NCBI GenBank assembly: GCA_903813345.2
Contig: CAIIXF020000001.1
Span: forward strand, 22,878,001 to 22,942,000
Direction: 5' to 3'
DNA: 64,000 nucleotides
Source: Owenia fusiformis
Lineage: Eukaryota
In this document: piece by piece, positions 42,201 through 53,370 of the stretch
Layout: every line of letters begins with the position of its first letter
Position numbering within the stretch: the first letter of the stretch is position 1
Position numbers and translations under genes: made by a program
The notes under the pieces: generated by a model
The model's database searches: none
Told to the model about the DNA's origin: nothing
Seen by the model: the letters and a program-made list of their open reading frames with translations, nothing else

Positions 42201-45200
42201 AATGCTTTATTTGGGCGAGAATGGTGGTCTATCGGAGCTCTCTTGACTTTAGACTTCATCCTGATAGAACATCCGTTTACTTGGGGATGTCCTAAACTGC
42301 GGTTTCCCGGGGCCTTTAGTACCACAAAAGACTTTATATACAATTACCTGAGATGGTAAATACTTCAATTGGTGGTTCCAGTTTGTCAGCATCTTGTATC
42401 TCAACTAGAAGTGTTCCTGTGTCAGCTCCGTACAAGAAGTATTTAAACGAAAGACCTACATCCTTTCCTAAAATAGCATTTAGACGATATATTTATATTG
42501 GTGTAATAGGTAAATGGTCATACAGGGCATACTTTAGAACTGTAACATTATTTGTTGTACTCATAGTGTGGTTATTTAGAGTTAGTGACGTCAGGGTAGT
42601 TGAAAGTATGATAAGCAACCCCTACTATAAAACACGTGGTACATGGGTAAAACAAAAAATTATCATGTATTTATAAGGTAACTTACCAAGTTCCGCTTGA
42701 ATGACTGATGTTGAAATAGTGGCCTTATCACCGGAGTTTTGTGGATATCTCGAAGTACTTGACTCGATAAACATGTAATCCTCGTTTGCTGCTCCCCCGG
42801 TGTCAGCAAAGTTACGTCGATTTTTATCGCCGTCGTTAAGTTCCCAGTTAAAATCATCATCAGATGATTGCTCCATCCCGCACATTGATGGGTCTGATCT
42901 GGAGAACCCGCACTCGAACAGGGCTGAAAATATAACATCAAAGCAGTTTGATTATTGAGCAGACCAGAACACAGAGATATATTGTACTTGCCCATCAATT
43001 TGGGTATTGACTCGTACCGATCATTGGATGAACATGGTCAAACCAACCAACAAATAAAGAGTATAGCCTAGAATAACCAATTGGGGTACAGGGTCGAACC
43101 AATCAATTGATTGAAAAGGCTTCAACCAACCAATTGAGGTATAGTCTGGAACAAACCAATTGAGGTTTAGGCTCGAATAAACCAATTGAGGTATATTCTC
43201 GCACCAACCAATATTGAGGTACATGGTCGAATTGATTGATGTATATGAAGATTGCCTTGCGACAGTGACCCGATTCGTCTCTAGCCGGACACAGTAAGAA
43301 CCAGGTGGTATTTCAATGCAAACTACGCGTTTACACCTGTAATGCCTTGGTCACATTTGCTCCGATTTTCACCCGGCCAATTGAGTATTTTGTTCAAAAT
43401 TGATTACAAAACACTCAATCGGCCGGACGCCGGCAGATGGATCGGAGCATATGTGACCAAAGCATAACCATCATACATGTACTTACCAACTGAAGTATCG
43501 ATTGGTAAAGCACAATCTATGCTCTTTGTAGTTCCCTCAGACATGGCCACTTGATCACATGAAGTACTGGCTGGGTCGGTTGGAGATCGTGTTCGTGTAC
43601 ACCTAACAGCGTCTCCACAGCTGGCCTCGCAAACCCAGTCGCTCCAATTCGTTGTCAAACATGGCAGTGCGTAACCTTAAAAATTAGAAAAATATACTTA
43701 TGAAAGGAAAACTGTTAAAATGTGATCAAAGTTGTATGTAACAATGTTGTCCCAACATGATAGTTGTGAGATGAACAGGTTGCATGTAAATTAAATCATA
43801 CACATTCAGCCCAAGATCAGCCCACTATCATGTCTAAGCTGTTTCTTACCTGCCCCGCCAGTTACTTCTGAGATCTTGATGTCCGTAACACTAATGTCGC
43901 CTAACCAGACATATTGGCCGATATCACCTCGAACCTTTCCAGTGAAGATCACGTTGTAGGCATTGCCATTTATGCGATTGGGTAATCCTATCTTGACCTG
44001 TGTCCACTCGTCGTACCGTTTGTGCTGTTCTCCTGAAATTGAGGTGTAAAGAACATTTTAACGTTGACATTATATATTGCTCTTCCGAGGGCCAACATGG
44101 CAAATAGATATTGTAATAGGACAGGAGCATGAGCAAAAAAGGTAAAACATATCTTCAGAACATGATCATGAAGTGAAGAGAAATTGAAGTTATGTGAAAG
44201 TAATTGACCCGTTTATATTATCTATATATTTACGATAAAAACATCTAGCCAGCCAGCCTCTTATTCGCACCTGATATTTCAAAGACGGTTTCTGGATCCT
44301 GCAGCTTCCCTACATCTTGTATTTGCACTGTAAGCGTGTCTGTATGACTACCGTACATAAAGTACTTGAAATTGAGGTCGACATCTTTCCCTAAAAGAAA
44401 GAAATATTTTCATTTATTTCTTTTATAAAGTGTTATGCTTCTGATTTGATACGATGATTTGATATGCATCTCGCTATAATTATAAATAGGTATAAAATAG
44501 TATAGGTTTATATGAAATACCTAAAGTTGCTCCTATGTTTGGTGTTTGGATCGATGCTATGTCTCCTGAGTTAATGTGATCAAATGAGGTGCTAGATTCA
44601 ATGAACATGTAGTTCTCGTTAGAAGCGCCACCAGTCTGGCCGTAGTTTCGAACACTACTTTGACCATTAAGGGACCAATCGAAGTCATCGGCTGGTGCCT
44701 GTAGTTGCGTCATCCCGCACATGTTTGGGTCGTCCTTCGCAAAGCTGCATTCAAATAGAGCTGAAAGCACCAATAGGCTCAGATACTCTCTTGTACAAAA
44801 TAAAACAACGGTTATTTTGGTTTAATTGTTTTTTTAAGACCATGGAAATGAATTATGGGGACTCACATTTCATGCTATTTTCAGCCAAAACTATTTTGAA
44901 GTTATCGACACCAAGATCTCCGTCCCACTTTATCGTACTACCCTGTGTGATGGTGTACCCAACAGCGCAAACATACCGAATGCCATTTGAAGTGGTAAAG
45001 TCAAGACGTTTTCCTGTCTCCTCTGAAGTTAGCCATTTCTTTTCAGCATCAGCGCCTGGAACAGAAATAAACACTTACAAACATCAAATCCATTATGAAG
45101 CCTATATATTCCGTTCTCATTAACAATGTTTCAACCATATACGCTGTTCACAATTATGAGGAATATAATTTTAGCCTATTCCTTAATAAAGGGCGATTAA

Positions 45201-46569
45201 TGTAAAGTCTTACTATTAGCGAACTCCACTACACTGAGGACGCTGTAGTTGTCATCAAGAAGGGCCGCATCGATCTTGGTCACAGAGGGACCAAACATGT
45301 AGGTGTCAAAGGTAAAATAGCCGGAACTTCTCCTAACATCGTCTATGTAAGCACTGACATCCCAACAGACGCTGGAATTTATATTTGACGGAAGATTCCA
45401 TGATTGATCAAAGACGTAGGCACCAGCTGGAAGCAAACGAACGTTAAGTACACATTCTCTTACATCAACAAAACTTGGATTACAATAATTGAGAAAAATT
45501 GAGCAATAATTTTGATGAGGGGAAGATTAAAAACATCCTTACACGAATCGTACTCTTGGGGGCCATATAGGGTACTTTGGCGGGTCTTTCTGTACTTCCA
45601 ATGGTTCAATTTGTCACCATTTTTGGGTGCTTTGACCCATATTCCGTCATCTGGGAGATGCTGGGCAACTACATCCCCATAAGTGTCGCAGTAACCGTAA
45701 GGTCCAAAGCTACAAGTGTACGTTTCGGCAGCTAAAATAAAGAAATGTTTAATAGTTTAGTACCTCGAGTGTCTACATCTCTTCTCTTTTATTCCAAAAT
45801 TTACCATATTTGCAATAGTGGCCTTGTTTTGAAACTCAAATGGCATATAAAGGTTTGTTCAAAATGTCCGTCTTTAAGTTTTTCCGTGTATGTATGTGGC
45901 TGGAAGTGGATCCCCAAATAGACCATGTGGTTCTTTATCTCTGGTTCCATATGCTCTCTAGTTGAAATGGAAGTTATTACCAGGGCTATACTTTAGCTTG
46001 GTTTTTGTCGCACTCAAGAGAAAAGTGTGATTTTTTCAATCTGGGATAGGTCTACAAAACTTAAAAAACTTTTAATTAATTGTTTGAACGTGTACCTGAA
46101 ATTACCTGAAACTCTCAGTTGTAACAAAATATAGGCATTTAAAAATAACAAAGGCAACGAATGAACCAGACCAGTGACGTGTACACGAACTTTCTTATCA
46201 TTTGTAGACTTATTTTGCTAACTTTCATATTTCTGCGATAAAAGATAGAATACCTGCAGCAGTGAAGGAGAGTAGCAATATGATTGGTGCTAACCATGAA
46301 TCTCTCGACCACGAGGACTGCGTCTACAACACGCAAAATAAACACAAAGTACTTAATCATTTTGTCCACTTAATATGTAGCTATCACATATTCAACAACA
46401 TTGTTCGTTCAAAGTCCCGGAATTGCGCAACTTCAGATAATTCTACCATTTTGCATCAAAAACTTATCACTTCTGACAACAGCAAAAATTAAAGACCCGC
46501 TTTAATTTTTTATCTGGCATGTACTTAGAGAAGTTGAAAATAATTATACGACTTAAAATAACTTACCAT
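13891..46569 (-). CDS. Giant secreted MAM-TSP1-vWA matrix/adhesion protein (coadhesin/SCO-spondin-like architecture), about 65 coding exons, about 3,900 aa
   Basis: ATG at 46569-46567 is directly followed by GTAAGT. Exon 46323-46254 gives the signal peptide [24 protein letters not shown]. Then MAM block 45731-39162, TSP1 exons 39006-33184, 17-exon TSP1 array 33023-23680, TSP1 23442-23236, vWA 23066-22491, three TSP1, vWA 20665-19920, about nine TSP1 19594-15509, vWA 15293-13891 ending YTNHFTC* (TAA). Splice sites are canonical and junctions checked are phase-compatible. No TM segment. Confidence 0.9.
15509..19594 (-). CDS. C-terminal TSP1 repeat block (about nine repeats)
   Basis: Exons 19594-19516 + 19033-18942 (one split repeat), 18613-18443, 18215-18039, 17850-17680, 17494-17057 + 16760-16659, 16169-15993, 15676-15509. 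Canonical xDGxWSxWxxCSxTCGGG..RxRxCxxPAPxxGGxxC. Confidence 0.9.
16244..16494. mobile_element. Short satellite-free member of the same HINE-like family (intronic)
   Basis: aacacggcattagcagacaaaatgtcaacac resembles the 56167 start. ttgttacagacgccaa and ataacaata(a)tgtcaccacttttggtggtgaca resemble the 59300-59400 end. Confidence 0.8.
19920..20665 (-). CDS. Second vWA domain (two exons), degenerate MIDAS
   Basis: Exons 20665-20403 ([24 protein letters not shown]) and 20205-19920 ([17 protein letters not shown]) join in phase 0. Confidence 0.85.
21646..22171. mobile_element. TA-flanked MITE (Tc1/mariner-like)
   Basis: TCACGTGTCCCAAAAATGAGCCA ... TGGCTCATTTTTTGGGACACCTGA with long imperfect TIRs. 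Longer relative at 48032-48797. Confidence 0.85.
22491..23066 (-). CDS. vWA domain exon with intact MIDAS motif
   Basis: [12 protein letters not shown] (DxSxS), [32 protein letters not shown]. Single 576-nt phase 1-1 exon. Confidence 0.92.
25217..25649. mobile_element. ~430-bp TIR-bounded MITE inserted in one TSP1 repeat intron
   Basis: Ends ..AAATGCGAGT / ACTCGCATCT. Absent from sister units (empty site attccagttgttaaaatg). Inverted copy at about 52934-53370. Confidence 0.85.
27748..28793. mobile_element. Non-autonomous Tc1/mariner-type element with ~200-bp TIRs and TA TSD
   Basis: CAAGGGGCGATCCATATATTCTG ... CAGAATATATGGATCGCCCCTTG. Sister repeat units show the empty site caaaaTAtatcaatgg, which confirms the TA duplication. 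Confidence 0.92.
30847..31962 (+). mobile_element. 5'-truncated non-LTR retrotransposon (LINE) ORF2 3' fragment with a frameshift
   Basis: [44 protein letters not shown] (post-RT region). Frameshift near the A-run at about 31172, then KCKMC..HYLLHC (CCHC-like). AATAAA and (taaacaa)n tail. Antisense to the host gene. Confidence 0.85.
33184..39006 (-). CDS. Eleven divergent TSP1 and TSP1-like exons
   Basis: Phase 1-1 exons 39006-38827, 38178-38041, 37755-37567, 37091-36945, 36853-36683, 36295-36152, 35923-35756, 35606-35439, 34868-34683, 33794-33624, 33330-33184 with WSxW, CxxxCG and RxRxC motifs. Confidence 0.85.
33938..34617. mobile_element. Kolobok-like MITE (AGG..CCT ends, TTAA-like flanks)
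   Basis: AGGAGTGGTATCGATATGGAGAACT ... AGTTCTCCATATCGATACCAATCTT, with internal inverted segments. Inverted partial copy at about 41000-41484. Confidence 0.7.
38510..38830. repeat. Intronic minisatellite, 40-44-bp unit, about 7-8 copies
   Basis: aaggtccgactaatatgaagattacacaacttaccac unit repeated; it overlaps the splice donor at 38826. Confidence 0.9.
39162..45731 (-). CDS. Four MAM domains; the last three are each followed by a TSP1-like exon
   Basis: Exons 45731-45543, 45426-45214, 45055-44867 (divergent MAM); 44760-44521, 44390-44271, 44032-43850, 43675-43487; 42923-42687, 42967-style middle exon at 42467-42348, 41889-41710, 40853-40674; 40508-40251, 40129-40010, 39889-39686, 39323-39162. 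MAM hallmarks: LFECSF..CGM, DDFDW, YMFIESS..GD.A.I.TP, F.YFMYG, W..V.I, GD.SV.DI.I. Confidence 0.88.
41000..41484. mobile_element. Partial inverted copy of the 33938 MITE
   Basis: Ends gttcaccatatcgatacctatCCT|TTAA and shares gagaaacgtgtg, gataccaagaacaaaa and ttttctaaaacaatatag blocks. Confidence 0.7.
43040..43225. repeat. Degenerate ~22-26-bp tandem repeat
   Basis: Recurrent aaccaattgaggta core. Confidence 0.65.
43343..43464. mobile_element. ~120-bp palindromic MITE with TAA flanks (PIF/Harbinger-like)
   Basis: TAA|TGCCTTGGTCACATTTGCTCCGAT ... ATCGGAGCATATGTGACCAAAGCA|TAA. Confidence 0.75.
46254..46569 (-). CDS. First two coding exons of the MAM-TSP1-vWA gene: ATG-only coding exon plus signal-peptide exon
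   Basis: Minus strand GCGAAATG|GTAAGT at 46567. Acceptor ttgcgtgttgtag|ACG at 46323. The 70-nt exon reads [23 protein letters not shown] and joins in phase 1 to exon 45731. Confidence 0.75.
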
Positions 46570-46629
46570 TTCGCAATATAATTGCGACTATCGAAGCGAT
46601 ACTAATTAAATTTTTCACATCTTCTTCGT

Positions 46630-46730
46630 TTTATACTTGACCAATCCAATATGATTAAAATCACCAATCACAGCGTTAGTTGAAAATAAAACAAATACAC
46701 AAAAATGTTATCTCTCACCTTGGATTGGTT
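46630..46730 (-). promoter_or_regulatory. Possible CCAAT-box promoter of the MAM-TSP1-vWA gene
   Basis: ACCAATCCAAT, ACCAATCA and GATTGGT motifs lie 70-160 nt upstream of the ATG. TSS unknown. Confidence 0.3.
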
Positions 46731-48031
46731 GTAGTTACCACTAAGCTTTTTAACATTGAATATTAGTTAGAATAACGTTGGATAACAAAATAAAATCTAG
46801 TTAACATAATTTGGAATATAAGTGTGATTTGTTTTTCTCCAGGCTTTTCGAATACCATTTGAGTTAACGTCGGGAATGGGGGGGGGGTAATAATTAGAGA
46901 ATTAGATGCTGAAATTCATTTAAATTGGGGAACAGTGAAAATTCTACTATACCAAGACGTCTTTAAACTAGCAATGTCTTTGAAAAAAAACTGAACTAAA
47001 CTAAAATCAAAAGATTTGGCCCCTTATCCACCATCTATTCGAATTGTCAACAGATTCCAAACTCTTGACAAAACGTCAAGTATTTGTTGTAAACCGAATC
47101 AGTTTGTCATACTTTTCATAAAATTATAAAACCCTAAGTAAAGATAAGAGCGCCGTCTATGGAGGGCCTCGTTTATAATCCTTATAGCCACACACAGGAT
47201 TCTGCAACTAAGCTTATAATTACCACATGACGCAAACTTACATTTGAATGTCAAGACAAGCAAACACGACAATTTTCTAAATATGATATGTCTTGTGTGT
47301 TTTACATTCACTTTGCACTTAATCCTTTGAGTATTTTTAAATTGAATTTGTTAGATTAATATAGATTAGTTTTTTAAATACTCATAGATCAATATCGAAC
47401 TTGGTGAACACTTTAGTACTCTATATAAAAGCGGGTTTGGCTTAATGAAGCTCAATTGTGTTGTCACTGGGATTCGTTCAGAAGATTACCCCAAATGTTA
47501 GGAGCATGTATTTGGCATCAATATGGATCAATGGATCAGTTGAAATCAGAAAGCAAGCAAAATGATCAAGCCAAACCCATTCTATTCAATATCATACAAA
47601 TAGGTTAAATCCATGGACAGGCTAGGGTATCACACCATACTGATACTTTTAAAGCTATGAACATGTCAACGAGATCCGAGATTCACTACCACCTGCTGAC
47701 CCCTGAATATTACATTGTTAAAACTGAGTTTATCAGAACACGTGAATACGAATCTTGGAGTACATTCTTGGTAATTTCTAGATTAATAAGAATGCTTAGC
47801 TATGTACGGTGTAGCTGTATAATTGTATCTGTTTCGCATATATCATTTTACAATAAAAGCTAAAATGGTTTAAACAATATATGGGAACTAAGATACACTC
47901 TGTTTAAGTAACTACGCATTTTACCACTAGGGGAAAATATTGCTTTATTTGAATATAATCAGGTCAATCGATTTGAGTATATAGAGTTATTGATGTTGTA
48001 AGCAAGGGTCTATTTTCTATTGACGAATATA

Positions 48032-48797
48032 TCGGGTGTCCAAAAAATGAGACAGTTTTTGCCAAGTATTTTCTCGGCAACTGAAGAATCAAATTCTTTG
48101 AAAATTTGTACAAAGTAGCCCAGGAGTATCGTTAGCAAGGTACAGAAATATGACAAAGATCAGGTAAATGTTATGTGAGTACTTAGAAATTCAAGATTGT
48201 ATGTCAAAATGTCCCATACCGGAGCAATACAATGAGAATTTTCATCGCGTTTGTACCAAAAAATGGGAAGGAATTTGACAAGTGATTTCTCAGCAATAGA
48301 TGAGCCAAATTATTTAAAATCTTTACTTGAGGCACTTTAGGGTATCTTCTGCTCGTGCTATGAATATGTAAGATATTGGCTCCATGTTATGTGTGTATTA
48401 TTGAATTAAAAAAGTGTGTAAAATAACCAAAAACCTTTCCGTATTTGTTCTAAAAATATCACCTTCAATGAATTTTCAGAATGAATGGATTTGGGATATT
48501 TGGGAAGAATGAAATGAATTAAGCAGACATGACACACTGACAAGCTATTGTGACTTATTTGCAAATGTTATCACCTGTTAGCTGGTACAAATATATAGAG
48601 GTCTCATCGCAGAGCTGCGGTATGGGGACGTTTGACATGCTATTTTGAATTTCTTATTACTCGCAGAATATTTATTTGATCTATTTTATATTTGTACAAC
48701 TTGCTAATGATACTCTCAGGCTAATTTGTACAAATTCTCAGTGAATTTGTACAAGAAAATACTTGGTAAATAGTGTCTCATTTTTTGGAACACCCGA
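48032..48797. mobile_element. TA-flanked MITE, same family as 21646-22171 with an extra internal segment
   Basis: TCGGGTGTCCAAAAAATGAGACAG ... TGTCTCATTTTTTGGAACACCCGA. Shares internal blocks such as gaaaatttgtacaaagtagcccaggagtatcg. Confidence 0.85.
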
Positions 48798-50057
48798 TAT
48801 ATATATAGCAATTGCCTATGGACTTCGAGACTGGATTTTATCTATCCCAAATCATTTGAGACAATACAATACTCTATCTTTTATGAGTACTATATCTAAT
48901 ATCTACAACTATTTTTGATGGTAGGAGTATTGGCTATCAATTTTTTCAATTTTTTTTCAACATGTATTGTAATGACTTCAGTATGAATGAAATGTCCCTT
49001 GGTGTTCTGGTCCTGGATTGTGATATTGGTTCTCGATTGGGGGGAGGGGGATGTTAGACATTGTTTCTTTCACGTTAGATCATGGTTTTGGGATATATAG
49101 GGTCTACTTTTCCTATGACAGATTTACACTTACAGTTTGTTTTTCTTGTTGGGTTTCTTTAAAGTTTTTAGTCACCCTTCCCTTTGGAATTTGCGCTTAT
49201 ATAATCTATTTTGATATAATGTAGTTATCTCATTTCAAAGAAATCTGCCCAAACGTTTTACTTTTATTTTGAGATGGAAACACGTCGAGATTTTTTTGAA
49301 AGCATGTAGGTGTAGTTTTATTTGGTAGTATGAACATTTTGTAGTTTTCTTACTTGGCAATATGCTTACATCACATTTTTAGAATTTGGGTTAACCAAAA
49401 TTTGATGATTTTGAACAAGAACTTTGTAGAAGAACTTTTTGGTATCAAATTGTAACCTTTCTCCAGTGTATCGGGAGCGCGATGAGAGTATTTGCAGATG
49501 GGGAAGTGCTAAATATGTTGACAAACAAAATAAAACTACGCCTATGTGATTATTTTAATATTAAGATGGCGATATTTGTTCAGTGTTCTCTGTTCTGTAT
49601 AGTCGACAAAAATACCCTGACATCGGGATAGTTTGAGATTTGCCTAAAATACAGTTCGCAACTGACGTATTTTTTACAACTTATTATATGTTTTTGAACA
49701 CTTTCTCAATTTCCACGGGTAAAATAATTGTAAGATATATATTTTAAAAGATAGTTTGATACTTTCAGTGCGTACATTTATAACCACGGTTTACAGTTTA
49801 TGTTTTGGATTTTTCGAAAAAAAAGTATTGACGTATCCTTCATGATAACGATTTACAAAAAAACATAAATATGTATGCAGAGTTTTATTGGGACCTTTAA
49901 CTGTATAAATCCCACTTAATATATTGATTGAACAAAGTTTATCATAGTTTTGTTGATGGCATCAGCTGCGGATATGTCTTTTGGTTCTGTCATCAGTCGG
50001 AGAGGGTATCAGACTTTGAGACTGATCATATCCCTAGTTTCACTATGATAATCATAG

Positions 50058-50443
50058 TATAGCATTTTTCATGTTGATTTACCGTATTGTGCTGCCATCT
50101 TTCAATGGGGTTCTTATAGGTTTTGTAGGGTAAGGGATTGCCTTTCATTTCCTATAACTTGGGGGTATTTAAGAGAAATTTTGGGCTTAGATGGGGGGGA
50201 ACATCACACATCATTTCTTTTCATCTTATTAATCTCATTTTCATTCTTTCTTTATCTTTGAACAGTTTTATTTTATACTGAAGAGTGTAATTGTACATGT
50301 TTAGTCTTTTACTTGGAATAAAGTATAGTTTTATGAGTATATTAATTCTGTGTTAATCTTGTCTTTTTTACATTACAAGACCAATCCATATTATTTTATG
50401 AAGAACCCACAGAGCTATTTAAACAACAAAGCTCGAAGCTTCA
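50058..50443 (+). repeat. 5' LTR
   Basis: Matches 55428-55831 except for the missing initial TG, a 16-nt deletion (cattcagtagagagtt) and homopolymer length. Contains AATAAA. Confidence 0.92.
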
Positions 50444-50444
50444 T

Positions 50445-50462
50445 TGGTGGCAGCGGTGGGGT
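50445..50462 (+). promoter_or_regulatory. Primer binding site complementary to the tRNA-Leu 3' end
   Basis: TGGTGGCAGCGGTGGGGT, 1 nt after the 5' LTR. The complement of the eukaryotic tRNA-Leu(AAG) 3' end (..ATCCCACCGCTGCCACCA) is TGGTGGCAGCGGTGGGAT, a 17/18 match (tRNA sequence from memory). Confidence 0.88.
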
Positions 50463-52933
50463 TGGTCTTTGTCTTGTAAAGAGATTCTTTTCGCAGTTTT
50501 AGTGTTTTTATTTTCATTAAAGAGTGGAGATTAGTTCTCTTCACATCTTTAAATTTGATTAACTTTTACTGAAGAGTGGAGATTAGTTCTCTTCGCATCT
50601 TCAATTTAGCTTTACTCTTACAAAAGAGCGGAGATTAGTTCTCTTCGTTTCTTTCTTTTAAGTTAGGTTCATTCTATACTGAAGAGTGAAGATTAGTTCT
50701 CTTCAACTCTTTCTTTGAGATTTTGTCTTCATATTCAGTTTACTTTGAATGAAGAGTGTTTGTCTTCACTGTACTATTAAGTATTAACTTTGTCTTTATG
50801 CACAATGTTTGTTTATGCATGCATTTAAGTTGACGGTCTTCACTTAAAAGACTGATAATGATCTTGCCTTTGTGTACGCTCAGTTAATTTATGCGTAACT
50901 TTACCTTGATCTTGTGAACAAAGAGAAGACAAAGAGTTGAGAATCTTTGATGTTTACACGTGCTATTGTTAAGGGAATCATCATTTAGTAATGAAGACGG
51001 GCTCCCGTTGTAGTTACTTTTAAAATTGAAATACGAAAACGCTTGCATTTCAGCGTTGTACTATTTCTGTATTTGCTATCAACAAGAAGCTCATGTAACA
51101 GGCTCCTGTTTTAGTTACTTCTTTTACTTTCTTTCTATCCTTTATTTCTACAATTCTGCATGCTAAGACGCATTGCTTTAAAATTGGCAAAATCGAGCGC
51201 GTATCTATTTGTTTGGCTGTGGCTATAGTGTTAGGATTGTCCCGAATTGGTGTTAGACGAAATTATTAATTGAGAATATTTGATTTGAATGTTCGAGATC
51301 TAGTTTTTGGTATTTGTATTTTGTAAAAAATCCCTGTATTGATGATAAAAGCGTACTTGATTCTGTTTGTGTTTTGATATTACGTATAGATTATAGCTCA
51401 TTCATTAAATAGAAGTTGATACCTTGTGAATATGGAGGGGAAGGATCAATGTGAAAATGGGTGTTCTGTCGTGTTAGGTGCCGTCGGGGAAAATGAAGAT
51501 GAGAAAGACGAAAATAATGAAAACTTTGATTTGATTTGGTCAGATAAAAATGTAAGTTTCCATGACGAGAAAGACACAGATGGCAAAATCACGGTTTCAC
51601 CTGAAAATCAAAATGAAGAAAAGAAATCGTCGGATGGTTTATTAAGGCGTAGTCTTGCTTCAATATTGAAATGCAAGAAATAGAAGAGGGCCTACAAGAT
51701 ATGGATGGGATTAATTGATTGTTTAGTCAAAGAATGTATATAGTGTGTATAAGCAGAGACCTATAAAACATTTTATATGTCTCTGGTATAAGTAAATATA
51801 AAGGGAACATATTTAGTTAGCTAGTTGGTTAGTTGGGTAGTCGGTTAGTTAGGTAGTCGGTTAGTAGTAAGTTAGTTAAATGTGTGCTGCATGGGCATTG
51901 TTTATCTCGTGATTATTTAAAAGGGAAAAAGTACATAATACAGAGTTAAGTAAAAGTCATCAATGGATACCTTAAAAGATCTTTTATTTCAAACTCTCAA
52001 TGGAATTGCATATAGGTATATTTTAATGGCTAGTGGATGAAAACATGACTTGCAAAAGAAATTGTTAAGGGGAGGTACAGCCTTTCAAGTATGAAAACAG
52101 GACCATTTTGTAGTATTGAAGAACATTTTTCTTTATTAATTATGCATAGAAAGAGATAAAACATCCGTATTTGGCAAGAATGCATGTTTGTTTTGTGTCG
52201 CTGAATGGATGAATGAGGTTTGTCATTTTTGTAATATGTGGTTGCCCGGGCAATTAGAAGTAGCAATTAGAAGTAACAATAAAGAGTAAACAATTAGAAT
52301 AAAAAATTAAAAGTAAACAAATAACAAAAAGACTGAAGAGTACAGTAACTTGTAAAATGAGATTTCTGAAGGCAATTTATGTTTTACAGTAATTAAACGT
52401 GTGCTTCTCGAAAATACACATAGGGATCGTTTTATCTGGTTTTATTAAGAGATATGAAATTCCATGAAAATGGAGGGGGTAGTTTGAGACTGGTGGTTTG
52501 TTATAGAAAATTATGATGGAATTTCATATTCCATTCGTGTAGTAAGGCCTGGCATTTTAATATGGTACTTAAATGATGAGATGTAAAGTCGGCTTCTTGT
52601 CATGCGTTCTTGGATATTGCATCTAAATTGATAAGTTAGCTAGACGAAGAGAATTCATTGTTGTTAAGTTATGAGATTTGAACTAGGCTTCTTGTCATGT
52701 GTTCTTGGATATTGCATCTAAGTTGATAAGTTAGCTAGAAGAAGAGTTCAATGTTGTTTTAAATGAGGTTGTGTGGTTGTTACTTATTCTTGGATATCGC
52801 ATCTAAGTTGAATCATAGGTAACAAATGATCCACATGTAAAGCAGTGGGGTAGAATGACTGATATTTATCCTTGGATATCGCATCTAATAGGTATCAGTT
52901 AGCCCACGTGCACTGACAGTAACATTAGTTGGA

Positions 52934-53370
52934 ATAACCCAGATGCGAGTAGAAATAATCTTACTTTACGTCATTAAAAATTCAAAATTCAGTCAAAATA
53001 ATATCATATTTGAAATCTACATGTAAAATTACATCTAGAAATATGGTTTTAAAAAGTGTTTATCAACTTTGAAAAATTAATTTTCTTTGAAAATGTGACT
53101 TCTAGCTCGGGGAGATTCCCCATAGACCCCATGCTATAAAATCACAAAAAATGAAATATCTTTTCTTTTAGTGGACAGATAACATTTTGCTTTACTGGAC
53201 ATATTTTCATTAGTATAAGTATCAGACGCATAAGGGTTATATGAAAATTGAGCCACTTAAATTGATAATATTCAAGTTTAAGGGAACTTTCTTATATACC
53301 TGCCATGTTAATTGACCCGAATCAGCCACCTGGTGGTGAAACTGGTAACTACCTACTCGCATTTGGGTAA
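52934..53370. mobile_element. MITE (same family as 25217-25649) nested in the LTR element
   Basis: ATAACCCAGATGCGAGTAG ... CTACTCGCATTTGGGTAAT. Reverse-complement homolog of 25217-25649. Confidence 0.85.

Noticed and set aside
13891-46569. Gene symbols SSPO, HMCN1 or ADAMTS
   Set aside because: No vWD/LDLa, Ig or metalloprotease domains; the similarity is only through TSP1 repeats.
50478-50770. CRISPR array
   Set aside because: Eukaryotic context, no cas genes, spacers are mutually similar T-rich tracts, and it lies in an LTR-element leader.
51426-51683. Acidic 85-aa ORF as a host gene
   Set aside because: Inside the LTR element with no recognisable domain; at most a gag-region remnant.
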